Of a DNA stretch of 13,668 nt, positions 8,258 through 13,668 are shown in pieces. Within the stretch, counting starts at the first letter, position 1; the number at the start of each line of letters is the position of its first letter. The position numbers and the translations under genes are program-made. The stretch is taken from assembly GCA_963555985.3 (NCBI GenBank), contig CAUVXV020000001.1, positions 1 through 13,668 of the forward strand, written 5' to 3'. The stretch is from Dehalococcoidia bacterium (lineage in GTDB: Bacteria; Chloroflexota; Dehalococcoidia; Bin125). The notes under the pieces are model-generated. The model worked only from the letters and a program-made list of their open reading frames with translations, did no database searches and was not told the origin of the DNA.

Positions 8258-10496
8258 CTACGACTCCTGTTCCAGATGCAGAAGCGCGAGGCGAATTTCG
8301 ACTCTGGATACTCGTTCGTTGAGGATTTCGTGTATGCGTTCCCGGCTGGCGTCGGGTTCGTTTGCGAGTACGCCGCGCACGGCTGCAATGACGGTTGGGG
8401 ACGGTCCGTCGCTGCTGAGATCGACCGGTTCGCTCTTGCTGATCGCCGTTCCGAGGTGGGAAACGACGGTCAGCGGGGAGAGCATCCGGCGCTCGGCGAT
8501 GGCGAGTACGGTATGGCCCTGGCGATATAGCTCCAGCGTTACTTCCCAGCTTGATTGTTTCTCTGAATCGGTAGTCTCCCGTCGAAGCCGGCAGGATAGC
8601 TTGCTGCGGTTCTTTGGCTATGATCAAAGCGTCGGCATAACGTTCGATTGCTATAGAGCCGACGCCTTCGATTTGGGCGAGCTCCGCCTGTGTCTGCGGT
8701 GGTTCCTGGGCGAGTTGGCGCATGGCCGGGTAGGTGAGTAAGTCGTTGGCTTCGAGGCCGAGTTCGTCGGCAGTCTGCTTGCGCCAGTCGGCGAGCTCGT
8801 TGAAACGCTGTTGCCACGCTTCCGGTGGCGCCTCGTCACCAGCAGCCTCTGACATGGTTGACATGCGTTGCTTCTCCGGACTCGACGGTTCCTGTAGGAC
8901 GTTTGTCGCAGCGTGTTCGTCGATCACGCGGAGGAACGCTTCGCCATACGCTTCGACCCTTTTCAGACCGAAGCCTTTGACGTGAAGCATCTCCGACTCT
9001 GTCCGAGGCCGCTGCTGGGCCAGCGCTGCCAGGTCGCGATTGCTGGCCACGACGAACGCCGGCACGTCTTGTGCCCGGGCTAACTCCAGCCGCGTTTGGC
9101 GCAGGGCCTCGTAAAGTCGCTCTTCATCTGGCATCGGAGGTTTCGGCTCCTCACCGCCCAGCGTCGGCGGTGGATCAACGGGATTGACCCGTCGCGGCAG
9201 ACCAGCGGTGCCGCTTGGCGTCGGCGGTGGATCAGCGGGATCGACCCGTCGCGGCAGACCGGCGGCCAGCGGCCTCCGCGTCTTCACCGATGCAGAGATC
9301 GCAGTGTCCGCACTCAGGCGAGGCTGGTGATTCGCCGAAGTACTTGAGGATGGTCGACCAGCGGCAGGATTGCTGCTCGCAGAAGTCCATCATCCGGCGT
9401 AGGCGGCGGACGCGGGCTTCGCGCTCGCGTTCGTCGCGGATTTGGCGGAGGAAATACTGCTGCTGCGCCCAGACGCCGCGAGTGTAGAAGAGCAGGCATT
9501 CTGAGGGTTCACCGTCGCGTCCCGGCGCGGCCGGTCTCCTGGTAGTAACCCTCCATCGAGGGCGGCATATCGAGGTGGGCGACAAGGCGGATATCGGGTT
9601 TGTCGATGCCCATACCGAAGGCGATCGTGGCGCAGATCACCGGAGTCTGGCTGCTGCTGAACTCGTCCTGGACGCGGGCTCGCTCGTCGCCGGTCATGCC
9701 GGCGTGGTAGTGGGCAGCGGGAATACGGGCGCTGCGTAGTTTGGCGGCGGTTTCTTCGGCGCTTGAGCGAGAGCGGCAGTAGACGATGGCGGATTCGCGC
9801 GGAAGCTCACGCAGCCGCTCAATCAGACGCTCAACCGACTCACGCTTGGGCACGATCCGGAGCGTGAGGTTGGGTCGCATGAAGCTGGTGGCGAAGCGCT
9901 GCATTCGGGGGCGGTCAAGCTGGTCGACGATGTCGCGCTGCACCTGCGGAGTAGCGGTTGCGGTGAGGGCGGCGACGGGCACATCGGGGAATTGAGCGGT
10001 GAGGCGGCGCAGTTCGCGGTAGTCGGGGCGAAATTCGTGTCCCCATTCAGAAATGCAATGGGCCTCGTCGATGGCGATGAGTGCAGGCGGGCGGCGTTCG
10101 AGCAGCGAGGCGAAGCGGGGAGTGTTGACCCGCTCCGGGGCGGCGTAGAGGAGTTGGATGCCGCCGTTGGCGACCAGCTGCTCAATTTGTGCGGCGGCGG
10201 TTGTGGTGAGCGTGCTGTTGAGGTAGGCGGCGCGGAGATCGTTGGCGCGCAGCGCCTGTACCTGATCCTGCATCAGCGCGATTAATGGCGAGACGACCAC
10301 GGTGAGTCCGTCGGAGAGGACGGCGGGAAGCTGATAGCAGAGCGACTTGCCGCCGCCGGTGGGCATGAGCACGAGCGCGTCGCCGCCGTCGCGGATGTGT
10401 TGGATGGCTTCGCGTTGTTGGGGGTCGGAAGTCGGAGAAGCCGAAGTGCTGGTTGAGGGCGTCGTGGAGGGGGTCGAGCGCGGATGATTGGGGCAC
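8258..10496 (-). CDS. recQ: RecQ family helicase (~744 aa): helicase core, Zn-binding domain, Pro-rich linker, two HRDC domains, C-terminal HTH; frameshifted at ~10422, ~9522, ~9265-9290 and ~8550-8620
   Basis: HFGFSDFRP/QQREAI, MPTGGGKSLCYQLP, DEAHCISEWGHEFRPDY, LTATAT, CATIAFGMGIDKPD, YYQETGRAG/RDG, CRW...YFGE...CGHCDLC. HRDC1 is LYEALRQTRLELARAQDVPAFVV...KGFGLKRVEAYG and HRDC2 is LADWRKQTA...EGVGSIAIERYA. HTH_40-like tail TLELYRQGHTVLAIAERRMLSPLTVVSHL, ending at TAG 8258. Confidence 0.9.
9161..9265 (-). repeat. Intragenic tandem duplication in recQ (two 48-bp copies, 57-bp period)
   Basis: 9161-9208 and 9218-9265 differ at 3 positions; they encode AGLPRRVDPADPPPT and AGLPRRVNPVDPPPT. Confidence 0.95.
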
Positions 10497-10535
10497 GGCG
10501 GATTCTCGCTGGCGCGGTCGGCGCGGGGTGGAGTG

Positions 10536-10543
10536 AGCCTAGC
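10536..10543 (-). promoter_or_regulatory. Putative -10 element (GCTAGGCT) of recQ
   Basis: GC-TANNNT about 40 nt upstream of GTG 10496. Confidence 0.4.
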
Positions 10544-10581
10544 GATCGCTTGCAGCGGCGGTCTACCGGGTGTCTTGCCGA

Positions 10582-10630
10582 ACCCCCCTCTGTCACTTCG
10601 TGACATCTCCCCCCGCAGTGCGGTGGGAGA
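10582..10630 (+). repeat. REP-like double-hairpin element (family A), just downstream of the selenoprotein gene
   Basis: ACCCCCCTC + TGTCAC-ttc-GTGACA + TCTCCCCCCGCA-g-TGCGGTGGGAGA; same layout as 3197-3240 with compensatory changes in the first stem. Confidence 0.8.
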
Positions 10631-10641
10631 GGATCGTGGGC

Positions 10642-11971
10642 TTACGCCTCTTCGCCGACCAGATAGGGGATGGCGCTGCGGATGAAGTCGATCGGGTGGA
10701 CGCCTTCGGGTGGAACGGCCCCAGGACACATCACCATCCCAGAAGCCTTCGGGGACGATGAAGCCTCGCATCCGCATCAGGCGCGGTTCGCCTGCGTCGG
10801 TGATCTGCTGGCCGACCTGCCGGATCGCTTCGCCGAGCGCGGTTTCTTCGAAAATCCAGCTGTGCATGTCGTGCTGCGAGGGTGCGCCGGAGCCGGGCTG
10901 GGAGGTGACCGCCTCCTGGTAGAAGGCGCGCAGGTCTTCGACCACAAAGCGAGTCAGCAGCGGCATCTTGTGGGTCCAGTTGGGAGCGGTTGCGCGGGCG
11001 GGAACTTCGCTGAACCCGGAGCCCTCGGCGATGGCGACGATGAACGACACGACGTCGTCGATTTGCTCGGGCGTCGCGCCGCTGATGCCGACCGTGGTTC
11101 GGCCTCGGCGTCGGCGCGCCTCGTCGTACCAGGGGGTGAGCAGATCGACCTCGGCGCGCAAGGCGGATTCGAGATCGCTCAACTCCGGTTGCGGCAAGGC
11201 GACCGAGCAGGCCCAGACACCGTCTCCGCCGCCGTCGGGCGCGTCCTGGGGGTAGTCCGCGATCGTGGGCTCGGTCGCAGTCTCCAGGAGGCCCAGCACG
11301 TTGCGCAGTACGTCGCGCTGGAAGTCGGGATCGTCGGCGATGCCGAGGGGCCGTCCGAGCGGGAACGGAACCCAGAGCGCGCGCGGCGGCTTGAACACCT
11401 CGGTGTGTTCGCGGATCAGGCTGATGCCGGTGGTGGCGATGCCGTGTTGCTGGAGGAAGTGTGAGAGGGCGCCGACGGCGCTCGTGCAGGCCGGTCAAAC
11501 CGGTACGAGCAGCGCGCTGGCGACGCCCGAGTCGACCATCCGCCGGGCGATGTCCGCGCCGGCCTGCGCGAACGCAGCCGGGTTCGGACTTGCGCCCTGC
11601 ACCGAGTAGTGCCACTCGGAGGCAGCGCCGACTTCGCCTAGCTCGACCAGCTCGTGCAGCCGATCGAGCGGTAGGACGACGTTGTGGTCGCGCTGAAAGT
11701 GGGTGCGATCGAAGTTAACGCTGACGTGGGTCTGGACGAGCTCGGCGGGGTCGATGTCGTCGGGGATCAGGCGGTAGCCGTGGTCGCCGAAGCGGAAGGG
11801 GCGGTCGTCGCGGCGATGCAAGGCTGCGGTGGTAAGGAGCGCGATCTTGGCTTCCGCCAGCGGGGGTGGCGTGAGCCAGGGAGTCGTGCCGATGTCGAAC
11901 TGCGCAAAGCGCTGGATCGCGTTGCGCATACCCTGGGCTTCTTCGGGGTGGAGGTCGGAGAGTCGGACCAT
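10642..11971 (-). CDS. GrdB/PrdB-family (glycine/sarcosine/betaine/D-proline reductase component B-like) selenoprotein, ~442 aa, Sec at codon 159, with a C-terminal extension; one frameshift near 10717-10722
   Basis: ORF 11495-11971 (KIALLTTAALH, D.GYRLIP, H..FDRT...RDHNVVLPLDRLHEL..GEVG, HYSVQG, ALLVPV) ends at TGA 11497-11495. The same frame continues PACTSAVGALSHFLQQHGIATTGIS...KPPRALWVPFPLGRPLG, giving VPV-U-PAC (UxxC). Removing one base near 10720 gives ...VHPIDFIRSAIPYLVGEEA with TAA at 10644-10642. SD AAGGA precedes ATG 11971. Confidence 0.88.
11465..11483 (-). promoter_or_regulatory. Putative bacterial SECIS hairpin
   Basis: mRNA reads UGA-CCGGCCUGCACGA-GCGCC-GUC-GGCGC-CCUC. The apical loop starts with GU 18 nt after the UGA, fitting the general bacterial SECIS model. 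Confidence 0.65.
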
Positions 11972-12003
11972 TGGTGGTTCCTTTGGCGGGTTGGATTGGT
12001 GGG

Positions 12004-12011
12004 AGGGTAGC
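12004..12011 (-). promoter_or_regulatory. Putative -10 element (GCTACCCT) of the selenoprotein gene
   Basis: GC-TANNNT about 32 nt upstream of ATG 11971. Confidence 0.45.
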
Positions 12012-12046
12012 CGAAACCGGCCGGATCCCTCTGACCCCGCGCCTCT

Positions 12047-12147
12047 TCCGTCATACCCGCGCTTGCCGCGGGTATCTCGCTGAGTCGAGCACGGACGTCG
12101 GTGCAGAACGCAGCGAGATTGCCGCGGCGGAGCGCGGCAATGACGGA
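12047..12147. repeat. Inverted doublet of CGTC-type REP elements (family B)
   Basis: TCCGTC-ATACCCGCG-cttgc-CGCGGGTAT-CTCGCTG (12047-12082) and, on the opposite strand, TCCGTC-ATTGCCGCG-ctccgc-CGCGGCAAT-CTCGCTG (12147-12111), separated by 28 bp. Confidence 0.85.
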
Positions 12148-12181
12148 GTCTCGGATTGGCGACCGCCGATGTGTACAGGAA

Positions 12182-12535
12182 CTACGGCGCTTCCTCGATC
12201 GTCGCTGAGAGCGACCCCTTGCAGTGGACAATCCTCGGATCGGGGCCCCAGCCGTGGATCTGATCCTGGTGATCCTTGACCGTGTTGTAGTCGGCGGTTT
12301 CGACGATTCCGCGTCCGTGGCCGTCGATCATTGAGGCGATGGCGAACGCTTTCTCCTTGCTGTAGCCGAAGACGGCTCCGAGCATTTCGATCACGTATTC
12401 GTAGGTGTGGTCGTCGGAGTCGTGGAGGAAGAGGTGGTAGCGCTTCTCCAGCTCGCTCTCGCGATCCGCGTCGACATCTTCCTCAACGAGGATGTCTGGG
12501 CGCGGCGTGGCGGGCTGGATTTGGGCGCGGGTCAT
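12182..12535 (-). CDS. clpS: ATP-dependent Clp protease adaptor ClpS (divergent type)
   Basis: YHLFLHDSDDHTYEYVIEMLGAVFGYSKEKAFAIASMIDGHGRGIV...LSATIEEA matches the ClpS pattern; 117 aa; ATGA overlap with the upstream gene. Confidence 0.85.
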   Translation of the reverse strand: MTRAQIQPATPRPDILVEEDVDADRESELEKRYHLFLHDSDDHTYEYVIEMLGAVFGYSKEKAFAIASMIDGHGRGIVETADYNTVKDHQDQIHGWGPDPRIVHCKGSLSATIEEAP

Positions 12536-13668
12536 GCGGCGGCCTCGCGGAGGGCTTGGACGTCGGCGGCATTGGGATCGGCGTCTGGCCAGAGGTCTTG
12601 GGCCTGGCGGAAGGAGGCTTTGGCAGCTTCGAGCTGTCCCTGCGCGGTCTGAGCGCGGCCGAGGCGGAAGAGATCGCGCGCGGTTGCGCCGCCACTGAGG
12701 CGGTCGTTGAGTAGCTCGAAGGCGCGCTCCAGGTTGCCAGCGCGGAGGTGGGCTTCGACCAGGGTTTCTTCGAAGACGTCGCGCTGGGCGTTGGAGCCTC
12801 CGAGTTCGACCAGGCGATCGCGGACAGCATCGAGGCCGTCGGCGGCGGTAGCGTAGTCGCCCTGTCCGAAGGCGGAGAGCGCCTCGACGGTCGGCGCGAC
12901 GACTTCGCCGGCGATGGCGTGTCCGCGCTTGGCGGCCTCGGAGAGTCCGTCGAGCAGCTTGCCCAGACCGACCTCGTCTCCCAATGCCGCCAGCGCCATC
13001 GCGCGGTGGACATCGACCCAGGCGACGCCGGGCTTGGGGAATGCGCCGTCGGCGAGATCGGCGATCGCTCGCCAGTCGAAGGCTTCGTCGCCGTCGTGGA
13101 GGCGGCAGCGCCAGAGCAAGGAGGCGGAATCGGCGACGCCGCCGAGCGCGTCGCCGTGCGGGTCAGCGCCGGGGCGGATGATGTTGTCGTGGAGAGCGAG
13201 CGCGTCGCTGCGGCGTCCGTTGGCGAGCAGGAAGAGAGCTTGGTGCCAGGTGAGATGGCGGTGGAAGCCGGCGCGGTGCGGGTGGTCGGTCAGCCAGTCG
13301 CCGAGCCAGCCGGAGCCTCCCTCGACATCGTGCTCCTCGAAGAAGACGTGCGCCATTGCATGGGCGGCCTGACCGTTCTCACGGCGTAATTCGGCGCTGC
13401 GTTCGACCAGCACACGTGCGGTCTCGAGCTGATCGGACTCGTGGTTGGCGAAGGCGTGCCAGCCGAGGAACCACCAGTCGTCGCCGTAGTGCGGGGCAAG
13501 GCGGTCGAACTGCTCCAGCATCCGCTCGCGCTTGTTCGGTCCGCCGTTGTAGAAGTTGGCCCCGAACCACTGCATTAATACGGGCGCGTCGCTGGGATAG
13601 TCGCGCAGATGTTGGTCAATCCATTCGGGCGCTTTCGAGCCTTGGCCACGCACACTTGCGCCGAGGAT
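12532..13668 (-). CDS. TTC38-like tetratricopeptide repeat protein; 5' end outside the window
   Basis: WFLGWHAF...E, AAHAMAHVFFE, HLTWHQALF, DSASLLWR and GGSNAQRDVFEETL are characteristic of the TTC38 family. The frame stays open to position 13668. Confidence 0.85.
   Translation of the reverse strand: MLGASVRGQGSKAPEWIDQHLRDYPSDAPVLMQWFGANFYNGGPNKRERMLEQFDRLAPHYGDDWWFLGWHAFANHESDQLETARVLVERSAELRRENGQAAHAMAHVFFEEHDVEGGSGWLGDWLTDHPHRAGFHRHLTWHQALFLLANGRRSDALALHDNIIRPGADPHGDALGGVADSASLLWRCRLHDGDEAFDWRAIADLADGAFPKPGVAWVDVHRAMALAALGDEVGLGKLLDGLSEAAKRGHAIAGEVVAPTVEALSAFGQGDYATAADGLDAVRDRLVELGGSNAQRDVFEETLVEAHLRAGNLERAFELLNDRLSGGATARDLFRLGRAQTAQGQLEAAKASFRQAQDLWPDADPNAADVQALREAAA

Noticed and set aside
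9161-9265. Possible mini CRISPR array
   Set aside because: Only two copies with a 9-bp gap, in frame within a CDS, and no cas genes.
3328-10496. lhr and recQ as pseudogenes, or as programmed-frameshift genes
   Set aside because: All motifs are intact, no slippery heptamers are evident, and the same extra-base pattern occurs in unrelated genes.
3328-10496. lhr + Panacea + recQ as one helicase-based defence operon
   Set aside because: lhr and recQ are convergent, each has its own putative promoter, both look like repair-type helicases, and no effector nuclease is linked.
9509-11398. 629-aa ORF that appears to fuse the selenoprotein C-terminal half to RecQ
   Set aside because: Artefact of two frameshifts. 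The selenoprotein stop (TAA 10644-10642) and the RecQ N-terminus (HFGFSDFRP, from 10496) lie in other frames, and the apparent linker crosses a REP element and a putative promoter.
11495-11971. 158-aa ORF as a complete gene or nonsense pseudogene
   Set aside because: The UGA sits at the family's Sec position, with in-frame homology continuing and a SECIS-like hairpin downstream.
12047-12147. Riboswitch or tRNA-Sec upstream of the selenoprotein gene
   Set aside because: No cloverleaf or UCA anticodon arm. The structure is fully explained as a REP doublet and lies upstream of the putative -10.

Overview
High-GC bacterial chromosomal window. The lineage is not provable from sequence; the gene content is loosely Chloroflexota-like. 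In order it holds: a partial M20 peptidase (-), a small coiled-coil/C-terminal-TM protein (+), a beta-class amino-MTase fused to a C-terminal HNH domain whose first catalytic His is Arg (-), a long-form Lhr helicase (+), a Panacea/SocA-like antitoxin with no toxin neighbour (-), a RecQ lacking the winged helix and carrying a Pro-rich repeat, two HRDC domains and a C-terminal HTH (-), a hidden GrdB/PrdB-family selenoprotein (-), a divergent ClpS (-) and a partial TTC38-like TPR protein (-). The selenoprotein has an in-frame UGA in a UxxC motif, a SECIS-like hairpin and a ~200-aa C-terminal extension. It is the strongest hidden signal: the ORF track splits it at the UGA and falsely fuses its second half to RecQ. 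About 11 frameshifts, nearly all single extra bases in short runs, break five genes and look like sequencing/assembly errors. Two families of REP-like palindromes and a recurring GNTANNNT -10 motif occupy the intergenic regions.
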